A stretch of 64,000 bases of DNA, from assembly GCA_010405405.1 (NCBI GenBank), contig MU004239.1:310001-374000 (forward strand), read 5' to 3'. Numbering within the stretch: the first letter of the stretch is position 1; each line of letters starts with the position of its first letter. This DNA is from Microthyrium microscopicum (Eukaryota). A program made the position numbers and the translations under genes. The notes beneath the pieces were generated by a model. It ran no database searches and was not told the origin of the DNA. It saw only the letters and a list, made by a program, of their open reading frames with translations. Positions 49,911-63,059 of this stretch are shown piece after piece.

Positions 49911-52444
49911 TCAATAGGACCGCTTAGCTAGTTTTACGCTCTACACTGCATTAGTTGATTGGCAACCTACGGTAAGAGCAGACTCGGCTTACGGGGCAAT
50001 CCTCTTCATCTAACGTGTCGAAAGTAACTTTTCTGTAGCCAACTGTGACTGGACTTGCTTCGCTCGATTGCCAAGTCAAGCTATGCTTGCACCATTGCTC
50101 GTCCAATCGTTCAGGAAAGTCTTCTCTAGCATGACTGCCTCTTGACTCTTTTCGCTCTGTTGCCGCTGCAATTGTTTGAGCAGCGTTGGTCAGCAGATTT
50201 CTAGTTTCCAGCGTCTCAATCAAGTCGCTGTTCCATATCATACTTCTATCGCTAACGCTCAAGTTATTCTTGAAGCCCATCTCTATGGATGAAAGACTAT
50301 CGAGGCCAGCTCGAAGAGACTCCTCAGTCCGAAACACGGCGGCATCGGCCTGCATAACCCGTTGCATTTTACCTCTGATATCAGCCGCCGATTGAGAACC
50401 TGAACTGGTCCTGATTGTGTCTAGGTCTTCAAAAGATTGCAGGCCAATGTCATTTGGGACATCTGGTGTAAGCAAAGGCTCACCAGGCTTGTTTGTTTTT
50501 GCGATATTGAGCGCTGCCGCGCGTCCAAAGACGACGATATCGAGTAGTGAGTTCGCGCCCAGTCGATTGGCGCCGTGCACCGACACACAAGCAGCCTCAC
50601 CAGCAGCATAGAGGCCAGGCAATGTATTTTCAGCACCAGTGCCGGCATCGACTTGTAATACTTCGCCATTGAAGTTCGTAGGAATTCCACCCATGCAGTA
50701 ATGCACCGTAGGCCTTTGATAGTTAGTCACAAATAAGTTAGACCTTCAGTCTTGGAAGCCACTCACAACACAGGAATAGGCTCCTTCGTTATATCAATCC
50801 CGGCAAAGATGCTCGCAGTCTCTGCAATTCCTGGTAATCGATCCAGGATGATGTCTCGAGGCAGGTGCGATAATTGCAAGTAGACATGGTCTTTATCCTT
50901 GCCTACTCCACGCCCCTCGCGAATCTCCAACGTCATGCTCCTAGACACAACATCTCGGCTCGCAAGGTCTTTGGCTGTAGGTGCATATCTCTCCATGAAA
51001 CGCTCACCTTCGCTATTCAGCAAATATCCCCCTTCTCCTCGCGCACCTTCAGTGATCAGCACGCCGGCGCCATATATCCCACTGGGATGAAACTGGACAA
51101 ACTCCATATCTTGCAACGGTATACCCGCCCTTGCAGCCATAGCATTCCCATCGCCTGTACTCGTATGTGCGCTGGTGGCTGAGAAATATGCTCTCCCATA
51201 TCCACCTGGAATTTGTCAGTGTTAGGGATGAAACGCCATCACACTTCGTGGTAGTCGACGGGACCCACAAGGCATTATTTGGGAAGCGTTTTGCGGGGGA
51301 TCCTTACCTGTCGCAATGACCGTATTCCGCGCAAAAATCCGATGTAGCGAACCATCTTCCATATTCATCGCCGTAACGCCCACACACACGCCCTCATGCA
51401 TCATCAAATCCAGCGCAAACCACTCAATGAAAAACTGACAATCATGCTTTAGGCTTTGCCCATATAGCGTATGCAGCATCGCATGGCCAGTCCTGTCCGC
51501 AGCACAAGCAGTTCTATGTCCTTGCCCACCTTTGCCAAAGTTCTGCGACTGTCCACCGATGGGCCGCTGGTAGATCTTACCTTCGGCCGTGCGCGAGAAT
51601 GGCATACCCCAGTTTTCGAGCTCTGTGACGGCAGCGACGGCTTCGCGCGTCATGTAGTGGATGGCGTCTTGGTCGCCGAGCCAGTCGGAGCCTTTGACAG
51701 TGTCGTAATGGTGCCAGCGATAGTCGTCAGGGTGCATGTTGCCGAGAGCCGCGTTGATTCCGCCTTGTGCTGCTACTCTGTGTGATTGTTAGAGTAATGC
51801 CTCTGTTTCGGTAGATGGGTCGTAAGTGGTACTAGATGTGCCGCTGACGGCCTGGTACGGTAAGTGGTATGCCCCCATCGACCCATGTCTATCATGATAC
51901 ACTTTTAAGTAACAAAAGCTCTCTTTATCATAGAGCATATTTACGATGTGATAAATCAGCGCCATGGCACTTATAACATCCTCTGCTTAGAAGGGGTCAT
52001 AGTAGCCATCTCGGTCGATGGGAGCATATTGTTTACTTTCCCCATCCTTTACTGCTACTGATTGGACTTACGTGTGTGATCTCGTCGGGAACAATTTCGT
52101 GATACAAGCTGTATTAAGGCCTGCCTCAGTAAGACCCACACTTGCACGTAAACCTGCGCCCCCGGCTCCGATGACAAGAGCGTCATAATGGTGGTCTATT
52201 ATAGGTTGACTACGAAAGGCCAATGAAGCAGAGGTTGTGGCTCTCCGCCGTTGCCCATGGTTAGTCGCATAGGTTCGTAACCTCCTTGCTTTGATGGCGT
52301 GTAGAAGAGGACGAGATTGCCAGGTTATAGCGCTACCTCAAATATGTGTTATTAGCTATGTTAAGGCGCGTTGCAGATAGCTCGTGGAAAACTTTGTACT
52401 TACCATCTCTTTTGTAATGCCAAGCTTGACTTGAACAAGGACAT
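49911..52444 (-). CDS. SDH1: Mitochondrial succinate dehydrogenase flavoprotein subunit (divergent copy)
   Basis: Presequence [48 protein letters not shown] (FAD-linked His), [56 protein letters not shown]. Five introns (52333-52403, 51778-52071 and three downstream). Confidence 0.93.
51868..52028. repeat. Degenerate foldback/MITE-like inverted repeat inside SDH intron 2
   Basis: TATGCCCCCATCGACC (51868-) pairs with GGTCGATGGGAGCATA (-52028) at 15/16, and pairing continues imperfectly for ~45 bp. Inner TTTATCA/TGATAAA pair. Confidence 0.5.
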
Positions 52445-53215
52445 GTTAAGATACCCAGCAATGGCAGATTGAGAAAGCCCAGATTCAAGATGTGGTACAC
52501 GCTATACAACCGCTGAAGATGAGGAGGCACATATCGAAGAGTCTAGTTCGGGAATAGGAAATATGAATCGATCTGCTTAGAGCGGGGAGTGCATTGCCGG
52601 CTGCTAAGGTAATTAGACTTTTACAACCAAACTGTACCGTGTTTATATCATTTGTATACTCCCATCAAAGAGCAAGTCCGACTAGATCTTTCAGCGAGTA
52701 TTGCTGTGCTGTAAGTGGTATAATAATGCCACAAATACGTGGAAATAGAACGACTAGGCCCAGAAGTAGCTTGCATATTCATCTCCTCTTTGAGTACCGT
52801 ATCAAACTGTCAAGTGTCTACTCCACTAACGCCGTGTCGAATGCCCAGCCGCAACAGTGAAATCGAACGTGATATAGCACCAAAGTTGTAGAGGTGACAG
52901 AGAATCTGGTGAAAAGGGGGTCAACGGGAGTTGAGTTGATCGTCGGCATGCCGAAGCCGAAGATCTAGACTCCAAATAGGCATAGTATCCACGTTTTCCC
53001 GGGAAATTGGCTCGGCAGCTCGCTAAAGGCGCTTACGTTCACGATTTGAGGGACATGACATCACGCCACGCGCTTCCATGTGCCTTGGCCTTAAACATCG
53101 CCCTCGTTTTCAAACACCATGCTTTAGTCCGACCATTACGCAAAGTCCAGTTCTACCAGGAGGAGATCAGAGCCTTTTGTAGGCGTTGGAATAACACCGC
53201 GTCATCCCTAGTCCA

Positions 53216-56200
53216 ATGTCAACCGCCAAATTGGGCATCTCCGCTCCAGCAAGAGACCGTGAATTTTATAAGTGAGTCGCGACTCGCCCTAACCGACTCC
53301 CTGGGTCCCGTCCAACATCGATCCATGCTGACACGATCTCCCCTGCTACAGATACTACAATCCTGGCGACGCCATACCTGGTCATGAGAGCGCTACTCCA
53401 CGATCTTCATACGATAAAGGCTTGACTGCTCTAGCTCAACTTGGAGCCTTGAGATTAAATGTCAAGGTATCTTCTACATCATCAAGACCACAATTCCAGC
53501 GGCATGATACTAATGATACACAGAGATGTATGATCTCTCTTTTCGATCGATCGAACCAATACATAATCGCCGAAGCCACTCAAACGCTGTCGTTACAGAA
53601 TGATTCCATACATGAGGAAGGAGATGGGCTCTGGCTTGGAGCAAGTACGATTCCCAAAGATGGCGGTATTTGCAAGCTTGTCGTCAACCCACCCGCTCTC
53701 CTTATGGGTGCAAATACCGACCTCGATGGAGCACCTTGCGTGATACCTGACTTGCGTGAAGATGAACGCTTCAAGGACAAACCTTTTGTGCTATGTGAGC
53801 CATATTCGCGCTTTTATGCTGGAGTGTGTACTATAAATCAACCTACACCAACATTGGTACTAACATTCCCAGGTCCCAATCAGAACTCGGGAAGGAACTG
53901 CCATTGGGTCCTTTTGTGCGCTTGGAGATCGCCCTCGTGAACATCTTAGTGCAGCCTCATTACAATTTATGATGGATGTTAGTGCAACGATTATGTCACA
54001 TCTGGAAATGGCTCGGGCTCGGGCGAACGATCGACGCGGTGAGAGAATGGTCAGAGGCCTTGCAAATTTCATCGAAGGTGACACCGGTCTGGTTGCAGAT
54101 TATCAGACACCCGATTTAAGCTTAAAGGAAGGTCATCTGGCAGGCAATCAAGATCCTAGGCACGAAAACGTCTCGAGCCCAGAGAGGGAAGCTATTGAGC
54201 AGCTAGGAACCGAAATCGTCTCGCAGACCGGTTCCAGCAAGTCTCTTCCTACGGAAAATGGGGAAGATATAGTTGCCGACTCACTACCAGAGAAGGCTGC
54301 ATCTGAATCCATGTCGCCACTGGAATCCACACCGGCGATACCCAGCTCTCCCGAACAAAAGCAAAGCGAAGATGTAAAGCCAGATCACGCCACTAGCTTG
54401 ACGGAATTGCAAATGATTTTCTCTCGAGCGTCAAATATCATTCGAGAATCAATTGATGTGGATGGTGTCATATTCTTCGACGCCAGCGTAGCTTCATTTG
54501 GTGGACTTGTTGGGCTTGGAGATACAACGTCTGACCCAAACGATTCCACACAAACACTATCCAGCACCGAAGAAGGCGATGGAAACAACAACTTTCCGGG
54601 CGTCAACATCGATAATTCAGCAAAGAAATATGCCCAAGAACGGTCTAAAATGAATAGCAATATCCTAGGATTCTCAACCTCTGAAGCATCTAGCTTAAGA
54701 GGCGACTCTGGAGAATTCGACGTCAAAGAGCAGCACGCCATGCTGGAGAAGTTTCTACTTGGGTTCTTGGATCGCCACCCTAATGGGAAGATCCTCAATT
54801 TCGATGCTGATGGGGCTATCTATTCCGTTTCGGCTGGACGTAGAGGATCCGCTAAACCTGGCCTAAACGGAGCTTCTGGCACAGAAAACAAGTCTGGTCT
54901 TTCTGCAACAGACCCCAGAAGGCCCGTTCGACGATATTCTAGCTTTATAGAGGCAGACACGATAATACGGACATTTCCTGGCACACGATGTTTAGCGGTG
55001 ATGCCGTTGTGGGATAGCCACCGTGAAAGATGGTACGCAGGAGCAATGGTCTGGACCAAATCCGCAGACCGGATCCTATCTGTCGAAAAGGAGCTCAGTT
55101 ATCTTGCAGCCTTTGGTAACAGTATCATGGCCGAAGTAGCCCAGCTTGATGCAATCATGGCCAATAAGGCTAAATCAGATCTTCTGGGTTCGATATCCCA
55201 TGAACTTCGTTCCCCCCTACATGGGATTATGGGCGGCGTTGAATTGCTTGAGGATTCTAACATGTCTGAGACTCAAGCTAGCGTATTGCGCAGCGTCGAA
55301 GCTTGTAGTAGAACTTTATTGGATACGGTGGATCATCTGCTCGACTTTTCGAAGATAAACAACCTCATGCAATCGTCGCAAGGTGTCCGGAAGAGTATCA
55401 GGAAACAGTCGAAATTCATTAGCCAGGCAGGAAACAGGCCGAACAAGGACATTGCAGAGCAATTGCGCACGCCAGTGGATCTAGCTGTTCTTGTAGAAGA
55501 GGTTATTGGTACAGTCTCTGTTGGTTACGGTAAGCATTTTCCAAGTGTGGATATCTTCCAAAACATCCGATGAATCCCAATACATAGCCCCGATCTTACA
55601 CTAACAACTTCCAGACAGTCAGCACCTAGTTCTCAACGAACTAGGAAATGTTCAAACCAGAGACATGCCAATCACAGACACTTCCAGTCCTCTGGATCCT
55701 CGATACGCGGTTGACCGGTTCGGCGATGAGCCACCAAGCTCTAAGATAGCTACAGGCGAGCGCGATGTTGCGGTGACACTTTCGATCGATCCCGCCAGCC
55801 ACTGGGTGTTTAACACACAGCCGGGCGCTTGGCGGCGGATTGTCATGAACTTATTTTCAAACTCTCTCAAATACACGGAAAAAGGTTTCATCAAAGTATC
55901 CTTGGAAACCGAAAAACTCCCACTAGCTGGTAGCGAGGAACGCTCCAAAGTGGTTTTGGTAGTTCACGACACAGGGAGAGGCATGAGCAAGGCTTATGTT
56001 CAAGAGCGTTTGTACAAGCCTTTTGCTCAAGAGAATTCACTTGATCCTGGAACAGGCTTAGGGATGAGTAAGTACACTGCTTTCATATCACTTTACGGAT
56101 TTGTTGAATTATCTCTCTGGCGGACTTTTGTGCATGCCAATATAGCACGTTATTCACATCCAGAATCCCACAAGCCGAATTGCGATGGCTAATTCATCTT

Positions 56201-57447
56201 TCATAGGCATTTGTCGACAGATAGTTGTCTCCTTAGGCGGCAAAATCCAACTCAAAAGCGTCAAAGGCGTTGGCACCCAAATTCGAGTCTCAATTCCTCT
56301 TTTTCATTCCCGACTACCGGAGCCAAATATTGAAAACATTAGCCACGAACTGGACCTTCTAAAGCGACAATGTTCTGGTCTAAACGCGTGCCTCTTGGGG
56401 GCTGAAAGCAGCATCAGTGTATCTGGTGGAGAGCTAGCTGAGCAATCCAAAACTAGCATAACGTCCGTTGAGGACTCGCTGAAAAGCGTATGCAAAGATT
56501 GGTTTGATATGAACTTTGAACCCAACAGGCCCGTTGGAGAGTGCGGAGTCATTTGGATTTTGGAAACCCAACATAATTTCCAGGATCTAAAAGCTGGCAG
56601 TCTGATAAAGTCTGCTCTTAGCGGTCTCTCCAACCAGAAAGATAGTCCGCTGGTGATTGTACTATGCAGATCTACTCAGTCAGCTTACTCTCTTGCACAG
56701 TCTCAACTGGCTTATACCGGAACCTTCATTGATTATATTACACAGCCATGCGCACCGCGGAAACTTGCGAGGGCGCTAGCGAGCCATTTTAAACGAATAT
56801 CCAGCCTGAAGGACTCAGGAGAGGTTTCAAAACTTCAAAAAGTTGTCCCGATTCCTTCCATCAGCATCAATGAAATGACAACAGAGCACAACAATCATCC
56901 TACAGAGAAAATTTTACCCAGCCCAAGTGCACTGGTCAACGATGTCACCAAAATTCCCGATTTACCCAGTAGACTACATGAGCCTTTGTCGGTTACTCCA
57001 CGATCTTCGTTGAGCCTCACGCATCCAGAGAACACCAAGCCCGCTCCATCGCCGACTCAAGAAACTATGGATCGACAGCCGTTTTTGCTAGTCGATGATA
57101 ACCCAATCAACCTCAAAATCCTCATCGCCTATATGAAGAAGAACAAACTTAGCTACTCCACCGCGGTGAATGGCCTCGAAGCCTTTGAGGAATACAAAAA
57201 GTCTCCGGTGCAGTACAAAACAATATTCATGGACATTTCCATGCCAGTGATGGATGGCTTGGAATCTACACGTGCAATCAGGAGCTTCGAAAGGGACAGC
57301 AAAATGAAACCATCCAACATCATTGTCTTGACTGGTCTGTCACTTGCTACCGTGGAACAAGAGGCCCTTGCTAGCGGTGCCTCTCTCTTCATCACGAAAC
57401 CAGTTCGATTGAAGGAATTGAATTCTATACTAGGTAATCAACCTTGA
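53216..57447 (+). CDS. Hybrid sensor histidine kinase (GAF - HisKA - HATPase - receiver)
   Basis: ATG 53216, five introns. GAF (LTALAQLGALRL..RCMISLFD; DLREDERF..RFYAGVPI), H-box SHELRSPLHGI, N-box WRRIVMNLFSNSLKYT, G1 VHDTGRGM, G2 GTGLGM, internal degenerate receiver (QPCAPRKL), C-terminal REC LVDDN..INL / FMDISMPVMDG / TKPV. Confidence 0.92.
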
Positions 57448-57500
57448 AGAAAGAAAGCTTCGAATCTCGATGATATCTGGAACATAAACATCCAAAAGGC

Positions 57501-59414
57501 TCACAATCTCGACATGAGTTCGGGTGCTTTTTTGGGCCCAGCTCTCCTTGCCTTGGCTCTTCCAATGATATCATGAATCGAGTCCGTAGACTTTTCATAT
57601 ATAGCGCACTCATCATCAAATTTCTTGCCGACATCATAGCTCACAGCTTCCGCACCTGGAACACCAAACTGGATCAATGATTTGCTCTCTGGGATGTATC
57701 TTGAATACCCCAGCTTGTCGAGACCGCCTACAGGATCTTTCGCAAATGCGGCCCATGCGGTCATCATCTTTTGTGTCAGTTGTGCTTCAGCCGGCGTGTC
57801 AGTGTTCACACCAAGGAAATTGTCGCGGGACTTGGGAGTTCCAAAGACGAATGCCAACTCAGCACCATGGAAGGCACCAGACTTTGCAGAGATGGCATTG
57901 TTGGGTGATGCGTCGAAGAAACGATATCGCCACGTCGGGACCTTGAATGAAAGACGTGCGTCCGCTGACTTGGCTGCTAAACAGGTGAACAGCCTATTCA
58001 TATCGGATACGTCTTTGGCATTGAGACCCGCCATCATCTCAAATGTCCCGGCTTCATTGTTGTTTGAGCCTATTAGAAGGGGCTAGAAACTGTCAGAAAT
58101 AACCTGGATTGGAGATCACACCACAGACCTTTTTGCTAAAGTTTCCCGCTTTGGCTCGCGCATCGTAGTCTTTAAAGATGGTCTGCTCGTCGAAAATAGG
58201 ACCAAATGTCTCACCAGGAGTTCTTGGGCCTGTCTGCACGAGGGCCATCACGTCCTTCCACGGCTTCTCCCGTAGACAATCAATTGTCTTCACTCCAGCC
58301 TCCTGGCCCCCACACCCGAGTTTTGCAGACATTTTATACCAAACATCAAGGTTGCTGTCTTCAGCGATACCTCTTGTCCAGGCTGATCCGGATTGCTCAA
58401 TGAAGCCATGCACGATTGGGTCCTCTGGATACGCAAAGCTGTAAAAGTCAACAGCTCCTCCACCGGCACTTTCGCCCATGATAATCATGCGGCTTGGATC
58501 GCCTCCAAACGCTGCAATGTTGTCACGCGTCCATTCAATGGACTGTCGAATATCCCGAAGCCCAAAGTTTTGCTCTGGGAATATCCCGGGGGCGCCTGGG
58601 AATCCGAATACATTGAGTCGATAACTGTTTACTCATTAGTCTCCAGAAGAGGGAATCATCTAGTCTAATTATACTTCATGCTGACCACTACAACGTCCTG
58701 TTGATTGGCTAAAGGGGCACCATTGAGTGAAGGAGTATTTGAACTCCCAATATTGAAGCCTATCAATTAGCTAAGCCGAGACATTTAGTGTATAGTGTAC
58801 TTACCACCACCATAGATAGAGATCAATACTGCTTTTTTCTTCTCTCCGGTCTGAGGCTTGGTCCAGATATTAAGCGTGAGACAATCTTCGTTGACATTCG
58901 AACCACCAGTCATGCCACCTAGATTTTTGTTAGTATGAGATTGAGGCCAACCCAAGAAGCCTTAAAGTATGGTACTATCGAATCATGGTGAAACTCTATG
59001 ATATGCTAGGTAGCCATCGCCATCAATGGAAGCCAACAAGTATTCCAATGTGCTGGGAGGCGTCTGTTCACTTAGAGAACTCACCACTTGGGCATGACGG
59101 TCCCTATCTACAAGTTAGAAGATTGATCCTATCACAAGAGTAACCCAACTTACCCACTGAGTGGCTTTGATAGTGGCATTATTTGGAGATTTATATGTCT
59201 GAGGTACTCGCCATCTCAGCTTTCCAATTGGAGGCTGAGCGTATGGGATACCAAGATATTCCGATACTTCTGTATTTCCTTTCAAAATTGGTGAATGGCC
59301 TACGACTGGACCACTTGTTGTTAGTACTTGTTGGCCTACTTTCCACTCGGTTTGAGCGGCAGTGGTTGTCGCTGCCACCAAGGTCAAAATGACTTTTCGT
59401 GACCACATTTTCAT
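57501..59414 (-). CDS. Secreted type B carboxylesterase (COesterase family)
   Basis: Signal peptide, YLGIPYAQPPIGKLRW, EDCLTLNIW, IYGG|GF, NYRLNVFGF, FGGDP, GESAGG (Ser), NNNEA (Glu), FHGAEL (His). Several introns including a 19-nt exon near 59086-59104. Confidence 0.92.
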
Positions 59415-60176
59415 TGATGAAAGGCACAATGGAGTTGTTTAGGCAAAATTTGAGGAGGCATTTGGGATATTTTGAAGTTTTGTATAATTTGTATAGACGT
59501 CTTAATTGACATTATACATAATAGGCACAGCAGTGGCCAATGACACGTCCGTTTAATATGTGAATATACAATCTGCTAGACGGAAAACCCGACCATAGGT
59601 TAACTTGTGTACTGATCATACTCGAGCGCTACTAGGTACTTTGTCCGCGTGTATTCTATGTTAGGGCCACCCCGAGAAGACACAAAACAGACCACCAAGT
59701 AGTTTGGCATAATTGTCAGCGCTGAACGCTTTACTATCTACCTACCTAAGTAAGTACCTAGTTCAGGGATTGTTCACTAGAGGCTCGAAGCATACTGTTT
59801 ATGGTTTAAAGAGTACTCGTCTTGAGTAATCACCCTACCTAGCTTCTATGGCAGTCATTTTGACCTCAAACATTGATATCAGTAAGGGCCTTCCGTTCTC
59901 AATGGCTCGCGCAGCGTCTTTCCGAGTCAATACGGTTCAAATCAATGACCGCTGAACATAACACCAATGACACAAGTCACGTATTCGAATTCGCAAGTCA
60001 GTTGACTCCATTTGAAACGCTTGAAATGACAATATAATTCTAAAAACCTCAAAATATGGTCGCCCTTCGTTACAGAGATCTGCTACTTGTTCTCTATCTG
60101 CTTCATTTGCTATCTTTGCGACCTTTACTCTAGTTGCACTTACCGTTCACTCCATGGCAATAGTTATTGGGGTTTT

Positions 60177-60633
60177 TCATACATGGCTTCGTCTCGCCGA
60201 TGAGAGCAGGGCAAAGATCACACTCACGGGAGTGTTCGCTCGCGTGTCTACACTGACCATCCTCCCCGTTTGAGCATGACCATTGACCACAGTCGATAGC
60301 CTCCTGTATTCTGGATTAGCACGTTTCTCATGAAGACCAACTCGGCAGCATACTTTCCGAGGTTCCAAAGGGTTATATACAGGATGGTTTCTCGGTGATA
60401 TGCCATGGTTGGCTTCCCAGGCTCGAGTTCGCTGCGTTGTATTAGTCTGTGGATCGTGGTACATGTGCTTCAGTCTGAACCTTTAATCGCTGCTCGGGGC
60501 TGAAAAACCATGCACGATAAGCATCATCGTACACGACTTTTTCGGTAGAATTTCCTTGGACATCGTTGGAGTTGGCGAGTGTCGAAGAAACAAGAAGTAA
60601 CATAATGAGAGAAGTGATTGTCTGCATGTTCAA
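60177..60633 (-). CDS. Small secreted hypothetical protein (3' end uncertain)
   Basis: Signal peptide MNMQTITSLIMLLLVSSTLA. A putative intron ~60432-60481 (GTTCAG..CTAAT..CAG) joins the two tracked ORFs in frame. Confidence 0.4.
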
Positions 60634-61286
60634 GTCTGGTAACCGGTTTGACTGAAGTGAAGTGTTGGTCCTGAGAACTATGATAATATGGCTTCCTATG
60701 TTCTCTTTTATACATGGAAGGTGATTTACTTTGCCTCATCTTCAATTTGTCAAAGATAAAAAAAGCAGTAGAATCTTGTGAAATGGCGGCGAGGACGAAG
60801 GTTATTGTATGTGTCTTATGAGGATCACAAAATCCTTTGCTCCATCTCATCTTGATGTCCAGCTCGATCAACCATGAGCTGTTGGAGGCGAGGCAATTGC
60901 TACGATAATAGATATGAAGGAACAAGCTTGTAAAGATGGTAGTTCAATAGTGCCAGTGCAGTACTTGGAAGAAATGTCTTGTATTAACGTAATGGTTGTG
61001 GAGCATGGAAACTCTTTGCTGATGCCGACAACCTGACTTACAAGATCGCATCACCGATAGTATTTCATCTTTGTCGTTACCACGCCCATTAGTTCCAAAA
61101 CTCCAGTGAAAAAGTTAAAAAGCTCGTAACAGAGCGTGCCCGATGATACCAGCAGAGTTGATGAGGTTAAGCCGAGTGTTTCGTCTGGACGTTGGATCTT
61201 CCCGGTGGCACAGTTCCCATCCTTCCTGCCATACTGAGCTTCATAACGTCTGATGCTACCGATCCTATTGATCTACAGACTACCAT

Positions 61287-62482
61287 CTACCGTTCCTTTG
61301 AGGGTATCATAGCTTTGTCGAATCCATACAGATTCCAGATCTGCAAAAAGAAGTTAATCACTGCGTGGTTATTCTCTGGAGGACGACTTACTTCTAGACA
61401 TACACGACCATCGATTCGCAGCAGAAGATACGCTTTGCCGCCAGATATAGTCGCTGCCCACGTGTGCCTGTGCGGTAGGCCTAAAGTCACGACATGAGGA
61501 AGATATTCCCGCTTGGTAACCATGAAGCCTCTTCCACTGAGCGACGTTATCATGTCTCCGAACAAACGCAGACTTATGACACCGCCAACAAATTTTCCAT
61601 GCTCGATCGGATATTTCATGCCTTGTATTTCATTTGGCGGATAATACCGGGTCATCTCGACTGGATCCTTGCGCCAAATGCCAATACCACCATCAATACG
61701 GCTCGATATCATGAGTTCATCCCCAATCCTAGCACTATGTCCAAACATCTCGCTCACCAACTCCCTAGAATATAGTTGGCTCAAGTTGCGAAATGATTCT
61801 TGGACACTTACTTGCTCTCCAGATTCCAAACCTTTGTTGTCCAGTCCAGACATGCTACGGCCAACATGTCTCCTTTCACATCAACAACAGATACCCATGT
61901 ACTATCCGTCTCAAACACATATAAACAAGTCCCCGCCTCAACATCCCACATCCGAACATTTTCAGCTCCCGACAGCAAAAACCCTTTATACCTTTTCAAA
62001 TCATTCACCCCACGACCATGCCCAGCCAACAACCGCCGACAAACCGCCGTCTCACGATCCCATACTCTAACCAACGTATCAAAATGCCCCGAAACAACAG
62101 TCCTCTGATCCCAAAACAGCACACCATAAGCCGTAGACGCTGGATATAAATACTCACGCACAAGCGTCCTGCTAGTATCAGCTTTACTTCATCTAAAAGG
62201 CAGGAATGGAACGCGCTTGGTGCTCAAGTCCCACAGTATAACTTTATCATGCGCACCGCTGAGTAGATAGTCGCTGTCTGTCGCTAGTGACCAGACCGCA
62301 TGTGTGTGTCCGCGTAAGGCGAAGGGCTCGCTGGAGAGGGATAGGTTGTAGTACCAGATGAGACAGTTTGTGTTATCGTCGTGGGTGGCGACGAGGTATT
62401 TGGTGGCGCTGATGATGTGGAGTGGTCCTGCTAGTGTGGTAGTAATCGATTCGGGTAGTGTAAAGGTTCTTTCAAGTGACAT
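61287..62482 (-). CDS. WD40-repeat protein
   Basis: GH..WD repeats (LRGHTHAVWSL..LWD, SGHFD.LVRVWD, LAGHGRGV..MWD, TKVWN, MFGHS). Introns 62169-62216 (GC donor) and 61765-61811. Confidence 0.75.
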
Positions 62483-63059
62483 GTTTGCATCTATCAGTCC
62501 AGGAGTAATAGGATGACGAAATGACGATGAAGGATTAGTGCGGCGAGACCGTGATCCCCACTTGCAAGATACATCTATACATGTATGTGACATGAGCCAA
62601 TTGAAAAGATGTACATGGATGAAGTATTGGATGATATTATTGGTCGAGATCTATACTTTTTTCAGCCTTGTGCATTGATTTGTTGAAGATCTATCGTGTA
62701 CACATGAGCCCTCACTAGTTGATGCAACCATATACCACTACATTGGATATCGTACAAGCTCGCTAAATGTGAAAATTTCACCGCCATCCAACACCTTCTC
62801 TTGAGACTCTGAAGTGGTGAGTTCTTTATGACAAATCAGGCCAAGCGAGCAAGGCAAAGCATTCCCCCAATCGAGTCACAGCGAGGCGTCTCTAGCGTCT
62901 GCCCATCACATCGTGGCGCACATCACGAACCTCCCTTTTCTCCGCCAAGGACAGCATATAATAACTGCACAATCGCACTCCAACAAAACGAGCTTCCGCG
63001 GCCTCGACATACAACCGGATGTATATATAGCCTCAACTGACCCATTTGCGCAACGCCAA

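Noticed and set aside
12727..59414. Dispersed aromatic-catabolism cluster (DLH, phenol hydroxylase, SDH, esterase)
   Set aside because: The genes are spread over more than 45 kb and separated by housekeeping genes (RCY1, BEM3, HAK1). No ring-cleavage dioxygenase or cycloisomerase is present.
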